Shown: positions 35,094 through 63,504 of the stretch, piece after piece
Layout: each line of letters starts with the position of its first letter
Numbering within the stretch: position 1 is the stretch's first letter
Assembly (NCBI RefSeq): GCF_009914755.1
Contig: NC_060928.1
Length of the DNA stretch: 64,000 nucleotides
Origin: the human T2T-CHM13v2.0 reference genome, Homo sapiens
Direction: 5' to 3' (one strand)
Translations under genes and position numbers: made by a program
The notes under the pieces: model-generated
Database searches by the model: none
Told to the model about the DNA's origin: nothing
Seen by the model: the letters and a program-made list of their open reading frames with translations, nothing else

Positions 35094-36830
35094 CCATCAA
35101 GTGGACCAATATACACATTATGGGAGTTCTAGAAGGGGAAGAGAGCAAGAAAAGGGAAGTGAGAATATTTCAAGGAATAATGTCTGTAAACTTCCCAAAC
35201 TGTACTTCATGAGAATGTCTTCATCAAAAGACATTCTCAACAGAGTAAAAAGGCAGCCTACAGAATGGGAGTAAATATTCACAAATCATAGTTCTGATAG
35301 GGGATTAATATCCAGAATATATAGGGAACCCCTACAATTCAGCAACAAAATAACAAAAAACCTGATTTAAAAATGAACAAAGGACTTGAACAAACATTTC
35401 TGCAGAGAAGATATCCAAACGGCCCATAAATACATAAAAAGATGCTCAACATCACTAATCAGTAGGGAAATGCAAATCAAAACCACAATGAGAAACCACT
35501 TCACACCCATTAGGATGCCTATTATTCTTTTAAGAAAGAAATCAGCAACTGTTATGAGGGGTGTAGAGAAATTGGAAACCTGTGCATTGCTGGGGGCAAT
35601 GTAAATTGGTCTGGCCACTGTGGAAATATATAAAGTATAGAGATTCCTCAAATATTAAAAATAGAATTACCTTATGTCTTAGTCCATTTTCTGCTGCTAG
35701 AACAGAATATCACAGATTGGGTAATTTACAAAGAACAGAAGTTTATTTGACTTACAGTTTTGGAGGCTGGAAAGTTGAAGAACATGGCATCATCATCTGG
35801 CAAGGGTCAGTTGGAAGACTAAAGGCAGAAGCAAGGGCATGAGACAGAGAGAAAAAGAGGCTGAACTCCCACAATAACTCACTTTGGCAATAACAGCATT
35901 AGTTTATTCATGAGAGTAATGCCCTTGTGACCTAAACACCTCTTAAATGCTCCACCTCCAAATACTGTTACAATGGCAATTAAATTTCAACATGAATTTT
36001 GGAGGAGGCATTCAAACCATAGCACCATGTGATCCAGAAATTCTATGTTTGGGTATATATGCAAGATAATTGAAAGCAAGGACTCAAAAAACAGATATTT
36101 GTACAAGAATGTTTATAGCAGCATTATTTACAGCAGCCAAAAGGTGGAAACAATCAAAATGTCCATTAGCAGGTGAATGAATAAACCAAATGTCATATAT
36201 GAATAAATGGAATATTATTTAGCCTTAGGAATGAAATTCTGACACATGCTGCAACAGGAGTGTCCAATCTTTTGGCTTTCCTGGGCCGCATTGGAAGAAG
36301 AAGAATTGCCTTGGGACTCACATAAAATGCACTAACACTAACGATAGCTGGTGAGCTGAAAAAAAAAAAAAAAAGGTTCATGCACAAATCTCGTAATGTT
36401 TTAAGAAAGTTTACGAATTTGTATTGGGCCGCATTCAAAGCTGTCCTGGGCCTCATGTGGGCCAGGGACTGCAGGTTGATCAAGCTTGTGCTACAACATA
36501 CATGAATCCTGAAAACATTATGGTGAGTGAAATAAACTACACACAAAAGAACAAATATTGTATGAGTTCACTTCATTGAACTACTTAAAGTAGTCAAATT
36601 CATAGGCAGAAAGTAGAATGGTGGTTGGCAGGGGCTGAGGAGAAAGGGGGAATGGGGCATTATTATTTAATGGGCACAGATTTTCAGTTTGGGAAGAGTG
36701 AAAAAGTTTTGGAGATGGATGGTGGTGATGGTTACACAACAATGTGAATGTACTCGATGCCACTGAACTGTACACCTAAAAATGGTTAAAATGGTCATTT
36801 TATTATTTGTGTATATTTTACCATGATAAA
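35094..36830 (+). mobile_element. L1MB-like part 2 (ORF1 stub, large internal deletion, ORF2 end, 3' UTR) with an MST-type LTR (35675-36024) and MER30-like element (~36253-36488)
   Basis: GGGAAATGCAAATCAAAACCACAATGAG; 3' UTR GGAGATGGATGGTGGTGATGG; MER30-like CAGGAGTGTCCAATCTTTTGGC. Confidence 0.85.
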
Positions 36831-36831
36831 G

Positions 36832-41582
<4,751 letters not shown>

Positions 41583-41660
41583 CTAGGGTTGGTTTCGTTT
41601 TCAATTTGAATAACCTCCTAAAAAATTCTAGATGAATTGTCAGAGACTTTGAAAGGTTTA

Positions 41661-44760
<3,100 letters not shown>

Positions 44761-44763
44761 AAA

Positions 44764-45103
44764 CAGTTGAGTCACTTAACAATGAGGATACTTTCTAAGA
44801 AATATATTGTTGGGTGATTTCCTTGTGTGACCATCATTGAATGTATTTACACAAACCTAGATATATAGCCTAGTGCACACCTAGGCTATAGGGTAGGGCT
44901 TATTGCTTCTAAGCTACAAACCTATACAGCATGTTGCTGTACTGAATAACGTAGGCAACTGTAACACAATGGTAAGGATTTGTGTATATAAACAAATCTA
45001 AACATAGAAAAGGTACACTCAAGTTATGATAGCATAATCTTACAAGACCTCCCTTGTATATGCCATCCATTGTTTAGCAAAATGTTATGAGGTGCACAAC
45101 TGT
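44764..45103. mobile_element. Tigger3-like DNA transposon
   Basis: CAGTTGAGTCACTTAAC...GTGCACAACTG termini; ACACAAACCTAGA; related copy at 57173-57510. Confidence 0.75.
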
Positions 45104-46186
45104 ACACATAGACAATTATTTCAAGGGAGGCAGAGACATGACACAGAGCATCAGTTTAAACCGTGGGTTCTGATACACAGTCTAGGCCCTAAAGACAGTG
45201 TTCACATTGGTGAAAAATAAGATTGGGCTCCCTTAGTAAGAAGGGATGTGTATTAATATGGAACATTCTTAGGCCACCTGTGGATTGCCAGACAGGTCTA
45301 CTGCTAATATTCGAGGGATCTGGGGAAGGATATAAATGAATGCTCAAGGCCTGTGCATACTTCCCTGTATGGGCACGCCAGCACAATTGTAATGGTTGTG
45401 GTTCAGGATCCTACAGGCAGAGACTCCAAGTGGCCACATTTCCTTGGCCCTAAAGACACCTTGCCATGTGAGTGAGTAGAGCTTCACGCCTGAGGAGAGC
45501 TGTAGTGGAGCCCTACAGCCCAGATCTCATGGCAGGAGCCCTGGTCACCTGGGTCTAAGGGAGGTCCTGCTCCAGGCTCTGGTAATTTGTGTCCATTTCT
45601 TCCCCTCTGATGATAGTTGTGTATAGTGTGCAGTAGGAAACTCAGGGAAGCATCTTGTTACCAGTGCCATACAGGTGCTACGTTAACTGGGAGAAAAGTA
45701 AGAAGAATGGAAATCTACAAAGAAAACAGAAAGGAACAGAAAATGAGGAAGGCAAGCCCATTAGACTGTGAGAGACAGAAGAGGGACTGTATGATATCCA
45801 CATTTGAATTCTCAGCAAAATGCCTTCTTAAGTGTATGGGACAGCTTCTCTTTCCATTCCCAGCTTTATGCACTTTGCAGACACACCTTCCCCTTGCGGG
45901 AAGTACCAGGAAGGAAGATATCACTATTTCTGCAAACTCAGTGAGAGCCTGACATTCATCGGTCCATGTTTCTCAGTTGGATAGGATTAATGAGTCTCTC
46001 TGTGGCCTGGTCTTCTGGCTCTTGTTCTGTTGGATCTGCACAGCCACAAATGGAGTCCATTGTCTTTTTCCTACTTCTCAGGGTAAGCTTGGCAAAGTAG
46101 AGCATCTATCTTATTCCCACCTCCTGTTCCCACAAGAGGGAAGAAATATTAGCCCCACTATCAGTCTCAGGTCCAAGCTATAGTTC

Positions 46187-46482
46187 TTTTTTTTTTTTTT
46201 TAAGACAGGGTCTCACTCTGTCACCCAGGCTGGAGTGCAGTGGCATGATTTCAGCTCACTGCAACCTCCGCTTCCCCGGTTCAAGCAATTCTCCTGCCTG
46301 CCTCCTGAGTAACTGGGATTACAGGCGTGTGTCACCATGCCTGGCTAATTTTTTGTGTTTTTAGCAAAGATGGCATTTTGCCATGTTGGCCAGGGTGGTC
46401 TCGAATTCCTGACCTCAAGTGATCTGCCCGTCTCTGCCTCCCAAAGTGCTAGGATTACAGGTGTGAGCCACTGCAACCAGCC
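46187..46482 (-). mobile_element. Alu
   Basis: Reverse Alu; TSD CCAAGCTATAGTTCT. Confidence 0.93.
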
Positions 46483-46799
46483 CAAGCTATAGTTCTTGAT
46501 GAGTTCTCTAAAAGCCAATTTCTAAAAAACCAATGCACCAAAGTCTGATGCACTGAATGGCCCAGTCTCCAAGCCCTTAGAAGTCTGATTTGAGTCTTTT
46601 CTACAACTTCTATGTCTCTCCTTAACTGTTCATGCTTTCTTCCTACCTTCCTGGACATATTTGTGATTACTGTAATACTTTAGTATCATTGCCTACTAAT
46701 TTAATAATCTGTGTCATTTCCAGGTCCATTTACAGGTTGATTATTTAAATCCTCATTATGAGTTATATTATTCTGCATCTTTCATGCCTGGCAATTTTA

Positions 46800-49700
46800 T
46801 TTTCCAGTTTTGTGGAGGTATGATATATAAATAAAAATTGTATGTATTTAAAGTGCACAACATAATGTTTTGATATATGTATATATGGTGCAAGGATTAC
46901 CACAAGCTAATTAATATATAAATCACTTCAGATAGTTCTGTGTGTGGTAGAAGACTTGAGATCTACTCTCTTAGCAAATTTCAAATATATGATATATTAT
47001 TATTAACTACAGTCACCATACTGTACATTAGGTCTCCAGAATTTATTCATCTTATAACTTATGATTGTACCCCTTGACCAACATCTCCCATATTTCCCCC
47101 ACCCACAGCTCCTGGCAACCACCATTCTATAGTCTGCTTCTATGAGTTTGACTTTTTTAGATTCCATATATAAGTAAGATGATGCAGTATTTGTTTTTCT
47201 GTGCCTGGCTTATCTCAGTTAACATAATGTCCCTCAGTATCATCCATTTTGTTGCAAGTGACAGGAGTTCTTTCTTTTTTAAGGTTGAATAATGTTCCAT
47301 TGCATATATGTGCACCACATTTTTTTAATCCATTCAACTGTTGATGGACACTTAGGTTGATTCTGTGTCTTGGCTATTATAAATAGTGCTGCAGCTAACA
47401 TTGGAGTATTTTATTTCCTTGGCTGTATACCCAGAAAAGAGATTGCTAGATCATATGGTAGTTCTATTTTTAATTGTTTGAGAAAACACCACATTCTTTT
47501 CCATAATGGCTCTACTAACTTACATTTCCACCATCAGCCGACAAATGTTCCCTTTTGTCCGTATCCTCACCAACACTTGTTATCTTTTGTCTTTTTGGGA
47601 ATAGCCATACTAACAGGTGTGAGGTAATATCTTATGTTTTTGCATTTGAGTTTTCCGATTATTAGTGATGTTGAATACCTTTTCATATACCTGTTGGCCA
47701 TTGATATGTCTTCTTTGGAAAAATATCTCTTAAGATCGTTTATTCATTTTAAAACTGAATTATTTGGGTTTGTTTTTGGTTTTTGCTAATGAGTTGTATG
47801 AGTTCCTTATATTTTTTGGGTAGTAACCCCTCATCATATACATCAGCAGTCCCCAACCTTTTTGGCACCAGGGATCAGTTTTGTGGAAGACCATTTTTTC
47901 ATGGACTGGGCCATGAAAACTTTTTCTCAAATTTTTTCAGGATGAAACTGTTCCACCTCAGATTATTAGGCATTAGATTTTCATAAGGAGCATGCAACTT
48001 AGATCCCTTGCATGTTCACAGTTCACAATAGGGTTTGCACTCCTATGAGAATCTAATGCCACTACTGATCTGACAGGAGGTGGAGCTCAGGCAGTAAAGC
48101 TAATCCACCTGCCGCTCACCTCCTGCTGTGTGGCCTGGTTCTTAACAGGCCACAGACCTGTACTGCGGGGTTGGAGATCCCTGGTATATATGGTTTGCAA
48201 ATATTTTCTCTCATTTTGGAGGTTGTCTTTTCATTTTTTGATTATTTCATTTGCAGAAACTTATACAGAAACTTTTTAGTTTGATGTAGTTTCACTTACT
48301 TACTTCTGTTTTTGCTTTTGTTTCCTTTGCTTTTGGTATCCTGATATTCAACAAAAATTGCCAAGATAAATGTCATGGAACTTTTTCCTGTGTTTTCTTC
48401 CAGGAGTTTTATGGCTTCAGGTGTTAGGTTTAAGTCTTTAATATATTTTTACTTCATTTTTGTGTTAGATAAAGGGCCAATTTCATTCTTCTGCATGTGG
48501 ATATCCAGTTTCTCAACACCGTTTATTGAAGGGACTATCCTTTGTCCATTGCATATTCTCAGCACCTTTGTCAAACAGTTGACTATATATGTGTGGGTTT
48601 ATTTTTGGGCTCTCTGTTCTATTGATGTATGATTTTATGCCAGAATCATATTGTTTTGATTAAGATAGCTTTGAAATCAAGAAGTGTGATGCATCCAGCT
48701 CTGTTCTTGCTCAAGATTGCTTGAGCTACTCAGGATCTTTTCCCATTCCATATTAATTTTAGGATCATTTTTTCTTTTTCTGTGAAAAGTACCTTTGGAA
48801 TTTTGATAGGAATTGCACTGAATCTGTAGATTGCTGATATGATTTGACTGTGTGTCCCCACCCAAATCTCATCTCAAATTGTATTCCACATGTGTTAGGG
48901 AGGGACCTGGTGGTTGGTGATTCGATCATGGGGGCAGTTTCCCCCACGCTGTTCTTGTGATAGTGAGTTCTCACAAGATCTGATGGTTTAAAAGTGTGGC
49001 ACTTCTCCCCTTGCTCAGTCTCTCTCCTGCTACCATGTAAGACATGCCTTGCTTCCCCTTTCCCTTCCACCATGATTTTAAATTTCCTGAGGCCTCCGCA
49101 GTCATGCAGAACTGTGAGTCAATTAAACCTCTTTTCTTTATAAATTATCCAATCTTAGGTAGTTCTTTATAGCAGTGAGAAAATGACTAATATAATTGCT
49201 TTGGGGACTATGGGTATTTTAATAATATTAATTCTTCCAATTCATTGATATGGGATATATTTTCATTTATTTGTCTTCAATTTCTTTCACTAGTGTTTTA
49301 ATGTTTTCATAAATGGTTCAGTAGTATAAACAGTTCACTTCCTTGGTTAAATTTGTACTTAATTATTTTGTCCTTTTTGTTACTATTATAAATGGGATTG
49401 TTTTCTTAATATCTCTTTTTCTAATAGGACATTTTAAGGACTTTATCTCTTTTTTGATCCTTTATTGTCAGTATATGAATATGCTACTGATTTTTGTATG
49501 TTGATTTTGTATCCTGCAACTTTACTGAGTTATTTATCAGTTTTTGACTAAAAGTCTGTTTTGTCTGATACAAGTATAGTATCAACGCTGTTCTCTTTTG
49601 GTTCCCATTTGCATGGAATATTTTTTTACCGTCCTTCACAGTTTCAGTGTATGTATGTCCTTAAAGCTATGATGAGCCTCTTGTAAGCAGCATATAGTTG

Positions 49701-52670
49701 AGTGTTGTATTTTTATCCATTCAGCCATTCTATGTTTTTTGATTGAGAAATATAATTTATTTACATTTCAAGTACTTATTGATAGGTAAAGACTTGCTAT
49801 TACCATTTCGTTAATTATTTTCTGGCTGTTTTGTAATTTCTTTGTATCTTTCTTCCTCTCTTGCTATCTTCCTTTGTGATTTGATAATTTTCTGTAGTGG
49901 TGTTTTGATTCCTTTCTGTTTATCTTTTTGTGTATCTGCTATAGATTTCTGCTTTGTGGTTACCACGAAATTGACATAACATATCTTATAGTTATAACAG
50001 TATGTTTTAAGCTGATAGAAACAACTGCAATAACATATAAAAACTCTACAATTTGGATTCCCCCTCCACTTTTTTTTAATGTCACAACTTACATGTTTTT
50101 ATATTGTTTACCTATTAAAAAGTTATTAAAGCTTTTTAATAGGTAAAACTGGCAAAGAAGAATGCTTTGCCCAGCAAAGATATCCCTCAGGAATGAAAGG
50201 GAGATAAAAACTTTCTTAGACAATAAAAACCGAGGGAGTTTATCATCACTAGACCTGTCTTACAAGAAATGCTAAATGGAGTTCTTCAAGTTGAGTTGAA
50301 AGGATGCTGATTAGTAACTCAAAAACATCTTATAGTATAAAACTCACCAGTAAAGGTAAGTATATAGTCAAATTGGAATATTCTAATATTATTATGGCAG
50401 TGTGTAAATCACTTGTAATTCTAGTATGAAAGTTAAAAGACCACAATATTAAAAATGAGTGTAGCTTTTACCTGGATGATCATATCTCTCTCTAGATTTG
50501 GGAAGTGTTCTGCTATTATTTCTTAAAATAATCTTTCTGTTCCTTTCTTTCTTCTTCTAAAACTCTCATAATGCATATGTTAGTTTTCTTGATTGTGTCC
50601 TATAAATTCTTTCTTCATTCCTTTTCATTCTTTTTCAATTCTTTTCCTCTAACTGGAAAATTTCAAATAATCTGTCTTTGAGTTCACAGATTATTTCTTT
50701 TGCTTAGGACTGCCATTGACATAATTTACTGTATTTGTCACTTTATCCGTTACATTCTTCTGCTCCAGAATTTCTGTTTGGTACTCTTTTGATTTCCATC
50801 TCTTTGTTGAACTTCCTGTTTTGTTCATGTATTGTTTTCCAATTTTGTTGAGTTGTGTATGTTTTCTTTGTAGCTAGCTGAATTTCCTTCAAACAGTTGC
50901 TTTGAATTCTTTATCAGGTAATTCATAGATCTCTATTGCTTTGAGTTAGCTATTGGAAAATTATTATATTCCTTTAGTAGTATTGTAGCAGGATGAGCTG
51001 CAAACAAAACTCCTCAGACACCGGGTTGAAGAAGGAAGCTGCTTCATTCGGCCAGGAACTTGGGCAGACTTGCGTCTCAAAAGCCGAGCTCCCCAAGTGA
51101 GCAATTCCTGTCCCTTTTAAGGGCTTACAACTCTAAGGGAGTCCGTGTGAGAGGGTTGTGATTGATTGAGCAAGCAGGGGGTATGTGACTGGGGGCTACA
51201 TGCACCGGTAATCAGAAAGGAACAGAACAGGACAGGGATTTTCACAGTGCTTTTCCACACAATGTCTGGAATCTATAGATAACATAACTGGTTAGATCAG
51301 GGGTCGATCTTTAACTACTAGGCCCAGGGCATGGTGCCAGGCTGTCTGCCTGTGGATTTCATTTCTGCCTTTTAGTTTTTACTTCTTCTTTCTTTGGCAT
51401 AGGCTTTATGCCCACATATCTGGTATAATCCAGTGGGGGCTGTCCAGTCCAGATGGGACTCCCGGTGGGTCCACACAGTTTGCAACTTTGGAAATTTACT
51501 AAACGGATTTCTTTTAGTGTGGTTTGAAGTTTACCAGGTTACTGTTTTTGTAGTACTATTATACAGTTTTTGCCCAAGGCAGCTGAGTCTTCAGGAAGAC
51601 TTCTTTCTTTGGAGGCAGAAATTGGGCATAAGACAATATGAGGGGTGGTCTCTTCCCTTAGTATCATGTTTCCTTGATTTTTCAATTACATGGGGAGCTT
51701 GCATTGTTGTTTTGTTTTGTTTTGTTTTTGTTTTTCATTTGAAGAAGCAATCACCCTCTCCAGTCTCTGCTGACTAACTTTGGGAGAGAAATACCTGCAC
51801 TATTCGGCCTGACTAGGGATTCTGAGGTTTTCTCAGTCCTTTCCTATTAATGTGTCTGATTCACACCTCTTGTTACCACTTGCGGAGGGGGAGATTCCTA
51901 AGACTGTATGCCTTCTCTTGATCTTTTTTTTTTTTTAAAGGCTGTTCCCTGAAATGGTCAAGTTTATGTGCCTTGTCCCAATCGCACAGAGTTAGGATGG
52001 CTTTCTGCACATGCTCATGAGCCATCTGCAGAGGCTTGTACTTGCATTTGTGGTGACATGCATAGGGGCCATGGGGTGGAGAAGGGTGGGACATGCAAAG
52101 CATTTAGGGTGCCTGTGAGCAAGCTGAGAGATTCTGTGAACAAAGTTTCCAGTAACTCATAGGAGGGCTTCCTGATGGAATCTGCAAAACAAAGCAGTTA
52201 GTAAGATCCATGGCCCTTTATTGAGTTCTGAGCCTGGGTTAATGTGACTCCCCAGCTCTCTTCCTTGCTCCCAACTTTCTGAACTTTTTCGTTGTGCCAG
52301 TCACCTCAGTATTCTGTGTGAGTTAAGAAAGAGGTGGACCTCTCAAGTAGCACTCTTCATGACTGGATAAGCCAGGTACTTGCTTGCTATGCATTCACTT
52401 TCCCCTATGGGAGAAATTGCAGGCTGAAGGAGTCTGTCTTGGCACTGAACTGTGCTGTCTTAGGGGAAAGGTGACACAGTTATAGTGAAATTGTTCTTCT
52501 TACCCTCTTCAATGCATCTATTCTCAGACTTTTTGCTCCACAGTGTACTAGAACTTCTCTGCTGAACTCTCAGACTCCCACAAAGGTACTGTCATGTGGA
52601 GGTAGTTGTCAAAATCAATGCTTCTGTGTCAAGATGATGGCAGAAAACACCTATCCTGGCATGTTGAATG
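46800..52670 (-). mobile_element. L1MA-like element (3' UTR, partial ORF2, ORF1, 5' UTR) with MER1-like 47844-48183, THE1-like 48835-49193 and LTR2 insertions
   Basis: T-rich reverse L1 sequence (GATGGACACTTAGGTTGATTC; TAGCCATACTAACAGGTGTGAGG); internal deletions and one inversion. Confidence 0.85.
50984..51660 (-). mobile_element. LTR2 (HERV-E/Harlequin; LTR2B-like) with an internal env fragment
   Basis: Minus strand begins TAAGGGAAGAGACCACCCCTCATATTGTCTTATGCCC and ends CCTGCTACA; 4-bp TSD GTAT at 50980-50983 and 51661-51664. Confidence 0.88.
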
Positions 52671-52812
52671 AATTCAATCCTTTCAAAGCTTGCCTTTAGG
52701 CTTTGTTAGTTGGATCCAGAGCAATCTTTAGCCTAGAGCTAGTTCTGGCTATTGTTCTACCCGATCCATTCTGGTGATCTTCCCCACACTTCATCTAATT
52801 TTCTCATACATA

Positions 52813-53180
52813 TTGCTATGGACTGAATGCTTGTGTCCCCCTCAAAATTCATATAGTGAAAACCTAAACCTTAATGTAATGGTATTCATTGATTAGGCCT
52901 TTGGGAGGTAATTAGGGTCAGATTAGGTTGTGAGAGTGGGGCCCTCATCATGAAATTAATGCCTTTATAAAAAGAGAGGAATTGTTACTTCTGTCTCTCT
53001 ACATGCAAGTAACAAGGAAGGCCATGTGAGGACATAAACAGGAAGAGGGCCCTCATCAAGATCCTGACCATGCCAGCACCCTGATCTCAAACTTCCAGCC
53101 TCTAGAATTGTGGGAAATAAATGTTTGTTGTTTAAGCCTCCCAGTGTATATTACAGCAGCCCAAGCTGACTAAGGCACAC
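52813..53180 (+). mobile_element. MLT1A/MST-type MaLR LTR
   Basis: TGCTATGGACTGAATGCTTGTGTCCCC...GCAGCCCAAGCTGACTAAGGCA. Confidence 0.8.
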
Positions 53181-53820
53181 ATAAACTGATTGATACTAAG
53201 CTAAACTCTCAAGGGGAGCCCTTTGCAGATCTTCAGGGTCCTCCCAGTGTGGCTCATTACTCTTTGGCCCTGCCCCACAAATCCTAGCTCCTTTGACCTC
53301 TTCAGACTCTGTACTCTGGGTGCTCCTTCCATAAGCTATAGCTGAGAAATTCTGTCCTGGCAGTAAGCTGGCAACATTAGAGTTCCCCTTATTTCTTTTC
53401 CTTCTCTACATTGCCCGTTGTCCAATGCCTGAAAATTGTTATTTCATATATTTTGTCTAGTAATATGGTTGTTTAGGGAGGAGGCTGAATCTGGGGTCTA
53501 GTGCTTCCTCATAGCCAGGAGCAGATGTCTTATAACATGTTAGTAAAGTTTTCCTACATTATGGACTCTCAGGATATGCTTCAATATCTGGTAGGGAAAG
53601 TCTTCCCTCATTTTTCTTATTATTTCAAAATTTTCTTGGCCATCTGAGTCCATTTCTCTTTCCCGTCATTGTCTAGCCAGCTTACTAAATTTCCTTAAAA
53701 AGTCCTGTTAGGATTTGGATTGAAATTGAATTAAATTATATACTAACATGAAACATGACTGATAGGCTTACATTTTCATATACCTTGTCCTTGGATGGGA
53801 AAAGTTAGTATAAAAAATAG

Positions 53821-58200
<4,380 letters not shown>

Positions 58201-58221
58201 AATATGCGTATTCCATCTTAG

Positions 58222-58590
<369 letters not shown>

Positions 58591-58699
58591 TGTTGTTGTT
58601 TATTAATCAATAACCAGTGTTTGAGGTTTATCACATCTTTTTTGGCATCTGTTGAGATGATACTCTGATTTTTCTCTTTTAATCAATTAATGTGATTTT

Positions 58700-60185
<1,486 letters not shown>

Positions 60186-60419
60186 TTGTGCATTGCATTG
60201 GCTCTGAGTGTGATGCTTCCCTAAACCAGTTCCCCCACTCCCCTACAATTCCTCTCTTAATATTTGTTTTAAGCTACGATGTTCTTTAGAATTGTTTTTT
60301 CTCTTAAATATGACCCCTGTTGCTTTCTCTCTTTAGGAATAATTCCAAGTTTCTGGTTCATTAATGAAGCTTTTTATTATTTCCTCACACTGTTATAGAT
60401 TTGTTTTTTTTAATTTGTT

Positions 60420-60705
60420 AAAAGGTACAACATTACAGCTAAGAGGAACAAGTTCTAGTGTTCTATAATACTGCACGATGACTATAGTTAACAATAATAT
60501 AGTATATAGTTTCAAAGAGCTAGAAAGAGGATATTGAACGTTCTCACACGAAGAAATGACAAATGTTTGAGGTGATGGACATGTAAACTACCTTGATGTG
60601 ATCGCCATACATTATATATATATTGAAACATTACTACGTACTCCTTGAATATATACAACTATTATTTGTCAATTAATAGAATAGAATGAAATAAATAATA
60701 ATAAA
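60420..60705 (+). mobile_element. L1MA-type 3' UTR fragment
   Basis: AAGTTCTAGTGTTCTATA...GACTATAGTTAACAATAAT...GTTTGAGGTGATGG. Confidence 0.8.
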
Positions 60706-61354
60706 TGACTATACCTCTCCACCAAAAAAAAAAAAAAATTCCATTATTTCATAGGATTGGGAGAGTAAGGAAAGGCAGATGCGTGTCTCACTCGACTATT
60801 ATCATGCAGCCTTGACCTCAGAGAACTGAGTTTGTTGGTGTGAGTCAGTCTTTCCGAGTCTGGGTAAATATGATGAACTTACGAATCCTGGCTTGGCCAC
60901 TAGCTGCAATTCTCTAATATCTCCAGCTCCAGCCCCTTGAGAATAACACTGCCTACATTAACCATGATATTATAAAGTATTTTTCAATTCAGAGAGGAAA
61001 TGAATTGCATAAATGCTAGATAATAAAAATGAGGTTCTAATGCCTGACACGACATTTCCTTCCCACTAATCGACTCAATCTTAAAATCAAAGATATCCAC
61101 CCACATCCTTAGGGAACTCATTGAAAATCTTATGCAGCTGAAAAAATTTCTAATCTTTTTACCATGGCTCTAGTAGTCAATTAAAGACTTTTCAAAATGT
61201 AAAATATGCATTTTTATGTCTGTTTTCAAAGTCACTAAAGACCAGATTTTGACCGTCGATGTATATGCTGAATATGCCTGCCCTACAAAAAGAAATTTGG
61301 TTAATTTAGGAGTGTGCTAAACTATTTTTATCTAACTTTCCTACCAGCATAGCA

Positions 61355-61622
61355 TTTCTTTTTCTTTTTTTCTTGAGACAGTCTCACTCTGTTGCCCAGG
61401 CTGGAGTACCATGGCTTGATCTCAGCTCACTGCAACCTCAGCCTCCCAAGTAGCTGGGATTACATCTGTGCTCCATCGTGCCCAGCTAATTTTTGTATTT
61501 TTAGTAGAGACGGGGTTTTGCCATCTTGGCCAGGCTGGTCTTGAACTCCTGTCCTCAAGTGATCTGCCTGCCTTGGCCTCCTAAAATGCTGAGATTATAG
61601 GCAGGAGCCACTGCTCCCAGTC
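61355..61622 (-). mobile_element. Alu with internal deletion
   Basis: TGCAACCTC joins directly to AGCCTCCCAAG. Confidence 0.9.
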
Positions 61623-62583
61623 CCAGCATAGCATTTCTAAGCCACAGAAAAACACGCATTCTTATTCCTTGCTTAAAAAAAAAATTATATGCTTAAAGAA
61701 TCAATGCTTTTGGTTCTTTACTATAAAGTAATTTTGTGCCTATGTTGAATCGGAGGGAAAAGCGTTCATTGTGAGCCCATTTTCCACAGTCAAACATGTA
61801 TTGATACAGAGCTGTGACTAATATTATTATTTCTAAGAATGTGACTTGCACTTTGACAGCTATCAAACAATGTTGAGAAGAAACCTTGAGTTATCATCAG
61901 AGTCAGCACCCACCTGTCAACACAGGACAGGATAAACCAGTTTTTCCAAATCTAAGGTTTCACCAATAGACCCTAGCCCTAGTCTGCTGCTAACAGTCCT
62001 ATCCCTTTCTCTCACCTTCCACAAGTTACTCCAAATAAGAACTCTAATTTGTAAATTATTGATATAAACCTTTAAGGATACATGGTTTCCATTATCTTTG
62101 GAAAACCTATGGGGCAGGAGATTCTTTTCTTATTTTGGAGTTTATCTCATTGTTCTAACACCCTGATAGTAAATAAGTTTTTCCTTATGTTCCTCCAAAC
62201 TCTTCAACTTTGCAGTAAACACATTTTCTCTTAATCAAAATTATTGAACAAGGAAAATCATTGCTCATTATCCTCTGTATTATTCTTGGGGATAATACAT
62301 AAGTTCTGTCTTTGGTCTGTTCTATTTTAAGTTTTACTTGTGAAAAAATGGAAACTTACTTTTCATTTCTCATTATTTTTGGATCCTATTGAGATGTTCC
62401 ACATGACAACTGAAATGTGGTGGCCAAAATGGGATCCCATTTACTTGATCTTTGTAGAGATGGTGGCACTTGAAAGATTGAAACAATAAGAGAAATTAAA
62501 CTGGAAGTGACGGATTTAACTAACATTTTTGAACTTTTGTACCATGGAAATCAATAAAGTTGGCTGGGAAAGTATAACAGTTA

Positions 62584-63504
<921 letters not shown>

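Noticed and set aside
45200-46180. Unassigned ~1 kb with a 111-aa ORF (45617-45952)
   Set aside because: No recognisable domain or splice structure; possibly an old LTR that I could not assign.
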